Part shown: positions 37,099-46,997 of the stretch, piece by piece | Layout of the letters: each line of letters begins with the position of its first letter | How positions within the stretch are numbered: position 1 is the first letter of the stretch | DNA from: a virus | Reading direction: 5' to 3' (one strand) | DNA length: 64,000 nucleotides | IMG/VR virus record: IMGVR_UViG_3300036832_001118 | Location: 23,761 to 87,760 of that record | Notes under the pieces: generated by a model | Told to the model about the DNA's origin: nothing | Databases searched by the model: none | The model's input: only the letters and a program-made list of their open reading frames with translations | Program-made: the position numbers and the translations under genes

Positions 37099-37569
37099 AT
37101 GTTACAGCGACGTCAAATGCTAAGCGCGAAGGAACTGCTGCTACCCAAAAAGGTGGTTGAGGCCCTGATCGCCATCCGCGACGAGCTGCGCGATGGCAAA
37201 TATCCGCACCGGTCCATCTACAGTGGCGAGACGTGGTCACCGATCAGTTACGGTTTCAACCCACAGCTCCCCCCGGACACGGAGGTATACTTCAACATGG
37301 TGCACTGGTCCATCCATTCGCGGGAGTATTCGCGGCCGTACCGAATCTGCTGCATCGGCGGCCTGGTGGAACAGCGCACCGGATATCGGATGCGTGGTGA
37401 CTTTGATTTTCAGCAGCACCAACTGTGCTATCCGGGCGGCATTCCTGACCGGCAGATTACCGAAAGCCAGGTTCGCCTGTACAACAAAATCACCCCGGAC
37501 CAAGCGGCCGACGCGATCGACAACTTCCTGTACGAGGGTGACCCACAGTGGGGGCGCGTGCTGACATGA
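37099..37569 (+). CDS. Hypothetical protein
   Basis: GGGAG RBS; FNM..W...CCIGG...ITP.QAA.AI.NFL..G.P.W. Confidence 0.6.
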   Translation: MLQRRQMLSAKELLLPKKVVEALIAIRDELRDGKYPHRSIYSGETWSPISYGFNPQLPPDTEVYFNMVHWSIHSREYSRPYRICCIGGLVEQRTGYRMRGDFDFQQHQLCYPGGIPDRQITESQVRLYNKITPDQAADAIDNFLYEGDPQWGRVLT

Positions 37570-37642
37570 ATGACCAGTTGACCATCTGGACCGGCTGCAT
37601 CGGTATCCCGACGAGGACCCTGCCATCTATGAGACTTGGGGT

Positions 37643-38122
37643 ATGATAACCCTCAAAGACCTGATTGAGTTCGCATCCAAGAACTGTGAGCAGATCTTCA
37701 AGGTCACCGGCGAAATCGTCGCCATGTTTCACATGTGCGACGCCGACGAAAACAACTTTATCTGGCAGCCGGACATGGCGGACAAAGATGCCATGGCTGC
37801 GGCGGCGCGACAGATCATGTGCGAGAAACACATCCAATCCTACGTATTCATCGACGAGGCCTGGATCTTGGAGATCAAGCGAACCCTGAAACCTGGGGAG
37901 GCGGAAGAGATCGAGCGCTTCTGTAACGAGTTTGGTGTAAGCAACCATCCGGATCGCCGCGAGGTGCTGATGTTCTACGCCGAGAGCAAGAGCGGCGAGC
38001 GTCTGCAGGCACATCGCCCCATAGTGCGCCCGGAGCACGGCAAGCCAAAACTGATGTCGCTGCGATATCCCTGGCAGGGTGGCACGTCGCGCGGACGCCT
38101 GGTTGGATTGCTGCAGCCATGA
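37643..38122 (+). CDS. Hypothetical protein
   Basis: YVFIDEAW...HPDRREVL motif; consistent with operon orientation. Confidence 0.6.
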   Translation: MITLKDLIEFASKNCEQIFKVTGEIVAMFHMCDADENNFIWQPDMADKDAMAAAARQIMCEKHIQSYVFIDEAWILEIKRTLKPGEAEEIERFCNEFGVSNHPDRREVLMFYAESKSGERLQAHRPIVRPEHGKPKLMSLRYPWQGGTSRGRLVGLLQP

Positions 38123-39111
38123 AATGCCGCCGACTGCCGCCACCGCCACCCAAAGGTTATACCTGGCTGCACCAGCGGTTGCTGCCGATTGCAGCAGTGG
38201 AATGGTGGTCGCGCCAAAATATGGCGGCGTTTGATCGCTGGGGTATTGAAACCGAAGAGCACTGGCGCAACGACCCGAGCTACCACTGGGCCGCGCAGCG
38301 CAAGAAGGTCAAGCCCATGAGCATCAAGATCTACGACGAGGACTGCCCCGGCTGCCGCCCGGCGGCAATGGATCCGGCCACCGGGCAGGTGCTGCCCGAC
38401 GACCACCCGCTGATGCAACGGATCCTGCGCGCCTGGGGCCAAACCAGTCGCGCGCAGCGCGCGGCCTGGCACAAGGTCACCTGCCAGAACTCACGCGACC
38501 CGCACGACCTGCTGCTATGCCAGCAGTTTCTCAGCGCGATCCAACATGGCGGCTGACCATGGTCCCGCCCGCCTATGCCGCCGCGGCGTACCAAGCCGCT
38601 GCCATCATGGAGGCGATGATGCGCGCCCATCGCCAACTATTGGAGGAGGAAAACGTGTGGCGGATATGGGACTATGCGGGCAGCGAGCCGTTACGTAAAT
38701 TAAACATTACCCTGGCGCAGGCGCAGTGGGCGTTCCACGAGGCCAAACGTCGGGTACGGGATAGGCATATTGGGCAGTAATTTCATGGCCATCGTGTATG
38801 CCAAGTTCGAGGTCAATATCACGTCCCGCGATGGCTGGACCAAGCTGCAGCTGGACGAACTGCGACGCTGCCTAGACCTTGCCACGCGCGCGTACACAAC
38901 CCCAGAGTATGATGGTGACGTAGAGGTTGAGCTTACCGAAACGGCAGGGGACTCGACGACGCAGGCGCAGATCGACGGAGGCGAATGACCAGCCGTGATC
39001 TGCATCTTCATGTTGGGTGCAGTGTCGGGTGTCGTGGGGACAATCTGTGTGCTCATGCTGCTGTCTTGGTACGCATAATGGCAGCACGAGATGCCCAGCC
39101 GAGGAGACTAA

Positions 39112-39393
39112 ATGATGCGCGACCTTGAAGTAACTGAGGGACAAGAGTGGTGGATACAAGAAAAGGGCGCGCAGGCCTACCTATGGCACGGCACCCTGCT
39201 CCGGCATATTGAGTTCGATGGCGAGTGTTGGCGGGCTGGTGGTTGGTACAGCTACGTGGTGCTACCGCGCTTTGGCTGGATCAACGATGTGTGCCTCATC
39301 GTTGGCCAGCTGCCGGATGACATGGCGGAAGGACTCCGCAACGCCAAAATGGACCCGCGTCACGCGCACCTCAACGAGCTCATGAAACCCTAA
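39112..39393 (+). CDS. Hypothetical protein
   Basis: GAGGAG RBS. Confidence 0.55.
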   Translation: MMRDLEVTEGQEWWIQEKGAQAYLWHGTLLRHIEFDGECWRAGGWYSYVVLPRFGWINDVCLIVGQLPDDMAEGLRNAKMDPRHAHLNELMKP

Positions 39394-39544
39394 TTAGGGA
39401 TCGAGGTAAAACCCATGCTCTACTTAATCGTTTTATTGCTGCTGTGGGTAGTATGGCTGGAGGTTCGAGTGCGCATCCTTACGCGTGAAGTGTTTGCTTT
39501 CGAAAAGGCATACGTTCACAGATTTCCACATGCAGACAAGTAAG

Positions 39545-39976
39545 ATGATTGACAAATCGACCTGGGGCGAGGGCCCGTGGCAGACCGAGCCCGACGAGCT
39601 GGACTGGACCGACGCTGTCACCGGGCTGCGCTGCCGAATTTTGCGCAACCCGCGCATGGGGATGCTGTGCGGCTACGTCGAGGTGCCACCCGAGCATCCG
39701 TTGTTCGGCCGCCATTACGATGGGGTGAATGCGCGCGTTGAGGTGCACGGCGGGGCGACCTTTGCTGAGGAGGAGGACGGACTATGGTGGATCGGCTTCG
39801 ATTGCGGCCACACCTGGGACATCGCGCCGGGGATGGATGCGATGTTGCCGCCGTATGTGCGCGAACGGAACAGAGGGAGACCAGTAGTCTACCGCAGCTT
39901 CGACTACGTCCACGACCAGTGCACCGCTTTGGCGTGGCAGATACACCAGCTAGCCGAAAAGCCCGAGGCCACGTAA
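39545..39976 (+). CDS. Phage hypothetical protein
   Basis: GPWQ.EPD, CGYV.VP.EHP, VHGG.TF, WWIGFDCGH, YR.F.YV...C..LA.Q. Confidence 0.7.
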   Translation: MIDKSTWGEGPWQTEPDELDWTDAVTGLRCRILRNPRMGMLCGYVEVPPEHPLFGRHYDGVNARVEVHGGATFAEEEDGLWWIGFDCGHTWDIAPGMDAMLPPYVRERNRGRPVVYRSFDYVHDQCTALAWQIHQLAEKPEAT

Positions 39977-40004
39977 TGTGTCCGGTGCTCAATGAGGAAG
40001 CGCA

Positions 40005-40178
40005 ATGCCAAAGAGCAAGAAAAAATTCGGATCCAATTTCAAAGTACTTGATGCGCACGTCATCCAGCCCGAGGAATACGCGGAGGCGCCGGAGTTGACC
40101 GACGAGCAGCTCGCCCAGGCCGATCTGTATGAGGGCGGCAAGCTGATCCGCCGCGGCAAGCCGCGGTCGCGGCAATGA
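40005..40178 (+). CDS. Truncated BrnA-like antitoxin (N-terminal part only, 57 aa)
   Basis: GAGGAAG RBS. MPKSKKKFGSNFKVLDAHVIQPEEYAEAPELTDEQLAQADLYEGGKLIRRGKP resembles BrnA N-termini and stops before the RHH domain. Not in the ORF track. Confidence 0.65.
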   Translation: MPKSKKKFGSNFKVLDAHVIQPEEYAEAPELTDEQLAQADLYEGGKLIRRGKPRSRQ

Positions 40179-40306
40179 TCGTCGCGTCGGCTGGCTCAAC
40201 ACCAATTTCCACCAAAGCGGCATAAAGATCAGAGCGAACTGTCCCCATCAGACTGGGCCTCCCATCGGTGTGGCGTTCCTTAGCCGTCCAGTACGTTAAA
40301 GCTCTC

Positions 40307-41116
40307 TCAGCCCTTCTCTCCGGTGAGGGCGAACTTCTTCGGCTTGAACATCTGGAACGCACGCAGCAGCCGCTCCTCGCTAGCGGCAACGCGGCTATCA
40401 GGGTGCAGCAGCGACAGCACAAGGTTGAACTCGGCAGCCGTCATGATCTTCTTCTGCTTCTGCATGAACTCAAGATAAAAACGCTTGGTTTCGGAGGCCT
40501 CGTTCTGCTCCTGCTGCAACGTCGGCATGATGCGCTTGATGTGATCCCTGATCTCCGTCATGCGGCGCTGGTCGTATTCGTTATCGAGTTTGCGTTGATG
40601 CTGTCTAATCGCCGCACTAAGTTTTTGCTGGGCTGACATCGACAACATTTTGCGGTTGATTTCCGGCTCAGCATTGGCCGCCGCGTCGCGTCTGATTTCC
40701 TCGTCTTTGAGTATTCTCGATGTTTGCCGCGAGCCGATCCCGACTTCGGCTGCTATATCTTTGGTTGATCGTCCGACCTCTTTGGAGGAAATCACCTGAT
40801 CCTTGACCCGTTCGGACTTGGACCCCTTTTTGTAGCCGGAGCTGCCTTTTGGTCGTCCGCCCTTGGGGCGAGCAGGTTTAGACATGATGTCTAAACCCTC
40901 CAAGTCCCGACTGATTTGCCGTTGGCTCACCTTCAGCTTGTCAGCGATCTGCTGCTCAGTCATGCCGTCTTTGTAAAGCTCGGCCGCCTCCTCACGCCGC
41001 CATTCCGCCTGCTGGCTTGGCGATAGATACTCATAAGGCGCCCCGCAGGAACACTTGGCATCGGTCAGCGCTCCGCAAGCGGTGCAACGCAACGTCAGAG
41101 TTGTGCGTGCGTCCAT
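40307..41116 (-). CDS. Zn-ribbon plus double HTH DNA-binding protein
   Basis: CTAC...CSC; GMTEQQIADKLKVSQRQISRDL; STKDIAAEVGIGSRQTSRIL; GGGAGG RBS. Confidence 0.7.
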   Translation of the reverse strand: MDARTTLTLRCTACGALTDAKCSCGAPYEYLSPSQQAEWRREEAAELYKDGMTEQQIADKLKVSQRQISRDLEGLDIMSKPARPKGGRPKGSSGYKKGSKSERVKDQVISSKEVGRSTKDIAAEVGIGSRQTSRILKDEEIRRDAAANAEPEINRKMLSMSAQQKLSAAIRQHQRKLDNEYDQRRMTEIRDHIKRIMPTLQQEQNEASETKRFYLEFMQKQKKIMTAAEFNLVLSLLHPDSRVAASEERLLRAFQMFKPKKFALTGEKG

Positions 41117-41188
41117 CGTATCCTCCCATAGACAAAGACCGGGGAAGTTTTCATCCCCCGGCCCCCGTATGGCGCGTAGTCAGATCAA

Positions 41189-41593
41189 TCACTCTGCGGG
41201 TTGCGGCGATGAACCGAGTAGGTTGTTGCGTGCAGTTTGAATTCGTTGCGAACGACCTACGCCTCGTCTCGTCATGCAGCGCTTGATAGCGGTGGATAGC
41301 TCACCCAACATCGCATTAATGATCCTGGGATTGCCGCCATTTTTTTGTGCGCTCGCCTTGACTTTGCGCGCCATCTCCGCGTCATCGAAGCAGACTCGGC
41401 CATTAGGCGAGTTCTCAATGTTGACGCTGGCGGCGGTGAGGCGGAAGTCTTCGTCTTCATTATAGAGCGCCTCGACTTCGGGCTCCACGACCTGAGAAAG
41501 CGGTCGTGGCTTTCCCCGGACAGGTGCCGGCATCTGGAGCGGTAATTCCGGCGCACACCGTGCGAGCGCAGTACGCTGTTCACGCGCAGTCAT
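41189..41593 (-). CDS. Hypothetical protein
   Basis: GGGAGG RBS before ATG 41593. Confidence 0.55.
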   Translation of the reverse strand: MTAREQRTALARCAPELPLQMPAPVRGKPRPLSQVVEPEVEALYNEDEDFRLTAASVNIENSPNGRVCFDDAEMARKVKASAQKNGGNPRIINAMLGELSTAIKRCMTRRGVGRSQRIQTARNNLLGSSPQPAE

Positions 41594-41730
41594 TAGTATT
41601 CCTCCCTTTGGACCGCTGGTAGTGTATGCACACCAATCGCGTATCATTAAGATGGCCGCTAACAAAGTCAATGCGGATATTAAGAAAATTTTAAGCTATC
41701 ATTTGTCATGCTATCTTCTTTGGAGAAACC

Positions 41731-41955
41731 ATGCTTGATCGCATGACGCACAAGGTAAGAGACGCTGGCGTAATAGCCGCGATTGAGGCCGCTGGCGGCA
41801 TTCGCGCTTTGGCCCGCGCCCTCGATCTCTCCCATGTGTCGGTGCTCCGGTGGACGTCGGTGCCGATCCGATACTTGCTACAGATCGAAGAAATCACCGG
41901 CGTCCCGCGCGAGAAACTGCGGCCCGAGCTTTATCGCAAGCCAAGGCGCCCATAG
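41731..41955 (+). CDS. Cro/YdaS-like HTH regulator
   Basis: AIEAAGG..ALARAL.LS..SV..W..VP......IE..TGV....LRPELY. Confidence 0.85.
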   Translation: MLDRMTHKVRDAGVIAAIEAAGGIRALARALDLSHVSVLRWTSVPIRYLLQIEEITGVPREKLRPELYRKPRRP

Positions 41956-42068
41956 CTTTTGAGCCCGTGGCCGGTACTCGGGCATAGGGCGGCCCGGCCA
42001 ACTGCACGATCTGGTCCATCAGCCTCCCCGCGAACCTTTGCGGAACAAAAAACCAAATCTTGAGCACG

Positions 42069-42206
42069 GGTGAGAATTTTGGTGAGAATTTGCCTGCTAA
42101 GTGCTTTCGCTGCCACACTGCCGTATTTTTGCAACGAAGTTGTCAGTGTTTATAGATCAATGGGTTACAGACGAATTCTCACCAGAAAGTTCTCACCGGT
42201 GAGAAT
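42069..42206. other. Putative attP with integrase arm-type repeats
   Basis: GGTGAGAAT-type repeats at 42069, 42081 and 42198, with inverted copies at 42174 and 42188, around a central segment downstream of the integrase. Confidence 0.6.
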
Positions 42207-42244
42207 GTGCACAGAGCGCGAACAAAGGCTTAAGTCACCCCTGT

Positions 42245-42602
42245 TCATGCGGTATCTGAATCGCCTAATTCAGTCGGAACCTGCCAAATTGCTTCGGCAT
42301 TGCGGATCATGTTGAGAATTTTGATCGACACGCGCGTGGGGCGCCATCCCTGATGCCAGCGAAGCCGAAATTCAGCCTCGGGCATTAGTGTCGGCCCAAA
42401 CTCTTGGTACCAAGCTGCCCATGCCAACGCCAAGGCGTCTTGGCGCGCCTGGGCGAGATAGTGAGCATAGGCTGCGCGGAACTTTTTCGTGCCTGGGGTA
42501 CCTGGGAGCGGTCCGTAATGTTGGGCCTTAGTGCGGAAATAATAATATTTGCTCTTGCGCCGCATCACGAAGGTCGGAAGGTTCAGTTTTTTTTGCAGGC
42601 AT
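42245..42602 (-). CDS. Stand-alone homologue of the integrase N-terminal arm-binding domain (possible frameshift at an A8 run; in-frame ATG at 42565)
   Basis: KYYYFRTKAQHYGPLPGTPGTKKFRAAY compared with integrase GRYYFRTKTYYGGALPAPDDPTFNVEY. Confidence 0.55.
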
Positions 42603-42725
42603 GTCCGCGTCAGCCGCCGAACAATTTCATGAAGGCGGCGCCCGCTGCGAACAAGGCAGCGCCTGCTGTCATTCCTATCAAGGCAAGCTGCCAAGGGGCG
42701 AGGCCTTTGCGGGGGCCCGCCGACA

Positions 42726-43847
42726 TCACGCTACCGCTTCCCACTTGTCCATGGCGGTGTCGTTGAGGCTGCGCTTATTCGCCTCCTGCACGTAGTAGAG
42801 CGCCATTTTGGGGGTGCGATGGCCGAGCACCGCCATGATCTCCGGGACCGTCGCCCCGGCCTCGGCCAGGGCAATGCCAGCGTTCTTGCGCAAGCCGTGC
42901 AGGGTGTAGCCCTTGGCGCCGATCTCGCGCAGCCGGTCCTTGACCCGATGCGACAGCGAATCGGCCGTATAGGCGCGCTTCCAGGACGAGGTGAGAATGA
43001 ACTTGTCGTGCTGCGGCCATGCTTGCAGAAAGGCCAGCAGCGTCTTGTGCACGCGCAGCGACAGTGGCTCGTTGGTCTTCTCCTGCACGACCCGGATACG
43101 TACGCCGGGCGCCAGCGGGCCGGAGAGGTCCGACCATTGCATCGCGATGACGTCGCCGCGCCGCTGCCCGGTATAGAGCAACAGGTGGAAGGCGCATTGC
43201 ATCGACGGGTTGGCGCCGGTGAGAAACGCCTTGATGACGTGCTCGGGCCACGGCTTATGCGCCTGCTTGACCTTGTAGTAAGTCTTGGCCTCGCGCGTCG
43301 GGTTGACCTTGCCGGTAGCTTGGAACTCCGGAAACCCCTTGGCGAACTCCCACAGATTGGAAATCAGCCGCAGGTGCTGGTCGGCGGTCGAGGCGCCATG
43401 CTCGCGATAGATGCCGGCCGTGTAGTGGTCGAGGTTGGTGACATCGACATCGTGCAACTGTGCGGCACCGATACGATCGCGGATCATGTTGAGATGCTTG
43501 CCGTAGTTATAGCGGGTCATCTTGGCGAATGCGCGGAACTCGCGCGCATGTTCGTAGTGCAGGATGAGCCAGCCGATTGAGCCCGGCAGATACGCGACCC
43601 GCACTGGTTGCGTCGGCGGCGCCAACAGTACCGCAGCGAATTGGCCCGCCATCTCTTTCGGCACCGGCACATCTGCGGCGCGGCATTTGCGCATATATTC
43701 GACGTTGAAGGTCGGATCATCTGGCGCCGGGAGCGCACCACCATAATAGGTTTTGGTGCGAAAGTAGTAGCGGCCCTTTTTGATGTTGAGGTGGGGCAGC
43801 TTCGTGTGTTGCTGCTCAGTCCTCGGTTTCGTTATCACGGTGCGCAT
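42726..43847 (-). CDS. int: Tyrosine integrase
   Basis: LYTGQRRGD (R), QEKT (K), HGLRK (H..R), VLGH, YY (Y). Confidence 0.95.
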   Translation of the reverse strand: MRTVITKPRTEQQHTKLPHLNIKKGRYYFRTKTYYGGALPAPDDPTFNVEYMRKCRAADVPVPKEMAGQFAAVLLAPPTQPVRVAYLPGSIGWLILHYEHAREFRAFAKMTRYNYGKHLNMIRDRIGAAQLHDVDVTNLDHYTAGIYREHGASTADQHLRLISNLWEFAKGFPEFQATGKVNPTREAKTYYKVKQAHKPWPEHVIKAFLTGANPSMQCAFHLLLYTGQRRGDVIAMQWSDLSGPLAPGVRIRVVQEKTNEPLSLRVHKTLLAFLQAWPQHDKFILTSSWKRAYTADSLSHRVKDRLREIGAKGYTLHGLRKNAGIALAEAGATVPEIMAVLGHRTPKMALYYVQEANKRSLNDTAMDKWEAVA

Positions 43848-44124
43848 GACGTCTAAATCCTAAAACCTTATCCATTGTATTGGCGCGTCCTTCGCGCGGC
43901 TGCAAATCATCCCAAGCCGCCTCAAGCTCCAGTCGATCCCAGCGCGGAGCCCCACGCAGGCGCCGCGGCTTGGGCATCAGCCCGGTCTCAACCAAGTCGA
44001 GGAACAGCGACTTGGAAATGTCGAGGTAGGCCGCCGCCCGGTCCGCCCGCAACGCCCGCGGCGGATAGGCCAGATGATCTTGCAGCTTCGGCGTACTCAC
44101 CGTCCGCTCCATAACATATAGCAT
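43816..44124 (-). CDS. Excisionase / AlpA-like HTH
   Basis: PRALRADRAAAYLDIS...LV..G.MPKP...RWDR.EL; overlaps the int start. Confidence 0.8.
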   Translation of the reverse strand: MLYVMERTVSTPKLQDHLAYPPRALRADRAAAYLDISKSLFLDLVETGLMPKPRRLRGAPRWDRLELEAAWDDLQPREGRANTMDKVLGFRRHAHRDNETED

Positions 44125-44147
44125 GTCAAGCTAGCTTGACAAGGTCG

Positions 44148-44531
44148 CTAAGTCCCTGTTTTGACCTGTTTTAGTCGCTGCAGTCGCTTAACCGAGCGGG
44201 CTCGCGTCGTTTTAAGCTGCCGCTTCAGCATTGCGACCCATTCTTTAAGCTCATTGACGTATCGGCTGTTATAGTCGCCCCAAATAAACGTAGAAACGCG
44301 ATAAGCTGGGTTGTCATCACGACTCCTAGTGTCGTCGACGAACTGCCCACAATAATGATTGGTCAGCACATCGACATGGACTGGGTTTAATGCACATTGG
44401 CCCTTTTGATGATGCTTGGTCGTTTTGATAAGCGTGCGAACATCATATCGATTGTACTCCTCACCGCGGTACGAAGGCGTCCAATCCGCTGGAGGGATTG
44501 GCTTGAAATGCTTGCACATCAAACAGCTCAT
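44148..44531 (-). CDS. Cys-containing hypothetical protein
   Basis: CLMCKHF...GQCALNP...CGQF. Confidence 0.55.
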   Translation of the reverse strand: MSCLMCKHFKPIPPADWTPSYRGEEYNRYDVRTLIKTTKHHQKGQCALNPVHVDVLTNHYCGQFVDDTRSRDDNPAYRVSTFIWGDYNSRYVNELKEWVAMLKRQLKTTRARSVKRLQRLKQVKTGT

Positions 44532-44548
44532 TTCGGTGCGTCCCGCCG

Positions 44549-44803
44549 CTAAGTCTTTGGCCGCTTCTTGCAATGCTTGAGGTGCCGCGTCAGGCCGCCG
44601 TGGCCAAAGTACTCGCCGCCACAATACTGGCATTTGAGCTTCGGATTGCTCGGTCCTCTCAACACCCGGATGGACAGTGCGATGTCGTCCAGTTCGGTCG
44701 GCCGGTTGTTACGAAGGAATATGTTCAAATCCGCCTGTGCCTCGTTGCGTTTGCGCAGCAGCTCCAACAACTGATCACTGAAGTCGCTCATGTCATGAAC
44801 CAC
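44549..44803 (-). CDS. Small zinc-finger protein
   Basis: CQYCG.EY....GLTRHLKHC. Confidence 0.55.
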   Translation of the reverse strand: MVHDMSDFSDQLLELLRKRNEAQADLNIFLRNNRPTELDDIALSIRVLRGPSNPKLKCQYCGGEYFGHGGLTRHLKHCKKRPKT

Positions 44804-44855
44804 AACACAGCAAACATGACGACCATGGCCAGCGTTAGAATTTCGATCTCACGCA

Positions 44856-45110
44856 TCATTGGGTCTCACTATTGTTTTCAAACTCCCATAAGCGCTGTTC
44901 CAACATGTTGAAAGCGTGCCTTGAACTATTGCTGCCCTCTTTCAGCAACAAATATTGGACTGCTCCAACCAATACCCTTATTAGATCGGGGGCGTCGATG
45001 CGCGCATCCACCTTATCCAAACTGTGCATGGCTTCTTCGAGTTCGGTTTCTGTAATTTTCTTACCTAATCGAGTTTCTACTCGGTCTTTCAGGCTATCCA
45101 TTTTGGCCAT
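44856..45110 (-). CDS. Hypothetical protein
   Basis: AGGAG RBS. Confidence 0.5.
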   Translation of the reverse strand: MAKMDSLKDRVETRLGKKITETELEEAMHSLDKVDARIDAPDLIRVLVGAVQYLLLKEGSNSSRHAFNMLEQRLWEFENNSETQ

Positions 45111-45118
45111 CCCTGCTC

Positions 45119-46084
45119 CTATCCGACGCTATCCCAACCTGTGCGCCACTGTTCCAGATCAGCCGTGCGATCTTCACCGCGCAATTCGCCAGGCGGTCGA
45201 TCGCGCGGGACCCCCTGTTTATGTGCGGCGACTCCGATTGCTTTGTAGTCGAGCTTCAACTCTCCCCCCGGTTCATCCTTGAGCGGGTTCGTCACCACCT
45301 CGTGCGTGGAGCCGGTTCTGCGCGCATCGAACATTTCCTCGACCGTGGACTCCTGGTTTTTCAATGCCGAGTGCATTCCCTGTAAAATCGGCATGTGGTC
45401 GATCGTCAGATCCTCGATGCCCTTGACTGCCAAGGCGCCGTAAAGTTGTTCTGGTTTCACGCCGAATTGGGCAAATGCCTTGACGGCGCGTTCGCGACGC
45501 TCGGCCAAAGTTTTGACGTCACCCATGACGATTTGCTGGCAGGCCTTGTAGGCTTTGGCCCAAACGCCTTTAGGAATACCGGTAAAGATCGCATTGCGGA
45601 GTGCAATAGCTTGGGCCGCGTTCAGAGTTATGGCGATCATATCGTCGGAGTACATGCGGCCGCGCTTATCGGCGATGCTGCGACTCGACTCTTTGCTGAT
45701 GGTCGAATTCTTTTGCAGATCGATAAAGACCCCCTCGGCAATGACGAGTTTGTTCTCACGATCGATGCGGACAAAGCGCGCTATGCAGCGGTTGTTGCCC
45801 CACTGCGAGGCGACGATCTCGGCGAGGCGGATGGACGGACCCTTGATCGGCTTGCCTGCTCGCGGCAGCGCGTAGGCGGCTTCGGCCGCAGTCTCCTCAT
45901 CGAGCGTGGCCAGGGTCATGATATCGGCGATGGCGCTGTGCATATCGCGCGGGTATGCCTTTGCCGTGGCGATGGCGCTGTCGAGCTCGGCGCGGGCGAT
46001 GACCGATAGCGTTCCGCCTTCGTCCTGCGGCACAGGCAGCTTGCTATCGATGATTTCGCCGTCGTCGGTGACTGTTTCTGCCAT
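45119..46084 (-). CDS. Putative single-strand annealing/recombination protein
   Basis: IATAKAYPRD, Y.LPR.GK.I.GPSIRLAE, A.RNAI; adjacent to a RecE-like exonuclease. Confidence 0.6.
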   Translation of the reverse strand: MAETVTDDGEIIDSKLPVPQDEGGTLSVIARAELDSAIATAKAYPRDMHSAIADIMTLATLDEETAAEAAYALPRAGKPIKGPSIRLAEIVASQWGNNRCIARFVRIDRENKLVIAEGVFIDLQKNSTISKESSRSIADKRGRMYSDDMIAITLNAAQAIALRNAIFTGIPKGVWAKAYKACQQIVMGDVKTLAERRERAVKAFAQFGVKPEQLYGALAVKGIEDLTIDHMPILQGMHSALKNQESTVEEMFDARRTGSTHEVVTNPLKDEPGGELKLDYKAIGVAAHKQGVPRDRPPGELRGEDRTADLEQWRTGWDSVG

Positions 46085-46097
46085 GGACCTACTCCCG

Positions 46098-46997
46098 TTA
46101 TTTGTACCAATTTGGCATGTCGGCGAGTTGCAACTCCGATACTGGGTCTTGCAGCAGCCACATTTCGCCGGGCTTGAATTGTTGCTGATAGTGACGATAG
46201 ATTGCGAAGGCTTGCTGTCGATCGCGGGCGGCGATCTCTAGGATCGCGCTGCCGGGCGATAACGAGCATGACCAGCTGATGGGGGCGCCCTCGGCCTGGA
46301 AAAAGATCCACTGAAAGGCGAAGCGCTCGGCGGCGACGACGCGCTGCAGCCAAGCCGGATCGTGGTCGCCGTAGACCTTCTTGTCGCTGACAAGCTCAGG
46401 GATCTGGGTGCGGCCTTGCAAATAATGCTCGGCCTGTAAATCGTATCGATAGTCGACAATTGCGCGCCTGCAGGCTTCGTCAAATGATCGGCCAGTCCAG
46501 TTGCGGATTGATTTGAGGTCGCCGATGCCGCGCGGCTTTAAATAATCAAAGCGCGCCTTGCATCGGATGCCGGAGGCGTCCCAGAAAACCGAGACTTCCG
46601 GCACCCCGCCCTCGAACGCCGAGGCAAGGTCCGGGTTCTGCGCGATCAGCTTGGCGCTGATTTCAATGCGGTCGAAGTCCTCCCCGTCCAGTACATTCTC
46701 GCCATTGGGACACAACTCGGCCTTGGCCTTGGCGGTGAGCGTGACGAGATCGTCGGGGCGACGGACGTACAGCGAACGAAACGCTTGACTGCCTTCCAGC
46801 ACATACTTGTGCAATGCGCGGCCGAACCGCTGCTGCGGAGTTGGTTGCGACGGGCTGTAGTCGGGATTAAGCGGGCTGTCCCACCAATAATCCGGGCCGG
46901 ATTGCAGCAGCCGTTTGATGTCGGTCGAGCCGAGCGCGGAATCGGCATGATAGTCGGCTTCGTTCAGATCAAAGTAGATGCCCTGACGCTCAGCCAT
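46098..46997 (-). CDS. RecE/exonuclease VIII-like PD-(D/E)xK nuclease (DUF3799-like)
   Basis: YHAD.ALGSTDIK, GRALH..VLE, EVSVFW, CKARFDYL, DLKS, Y.Y..QA..Y. Confidence 0.85.
   Translation of the reverse strand: MAERQGIYFDLNEADYHADSALGSTDIKRLLQSGPDYWWDSPLNPDYSPSQPTPQQRFGRALHKYVLEGSQAFRSLYVRRPDDLVTLTAKAKAELCPNGENVLDGEDFDRIEISAKLIAQNPDLASAFEGGVPEVSVFWDASGIRCKARFDYLKPRGIGDLKSIRNWTGRSFDEACRRAIVDYRYDLQAEHYLQGRTQIPELVSDKKVYGDHDPAWLQRVVAAERFAFQWIFFQAEGAPISWSCSLSPGSAILEIAARDRQQAFAIYRHYQQQFKPGEMWLLQDPVSELQLADMPNWYK

Noticed and set aside
41956-42244. tRNA or tRNA fragment at the attachment site
   Set aside because: No cloverleaf or T-arm/CCA pattern found by eye.
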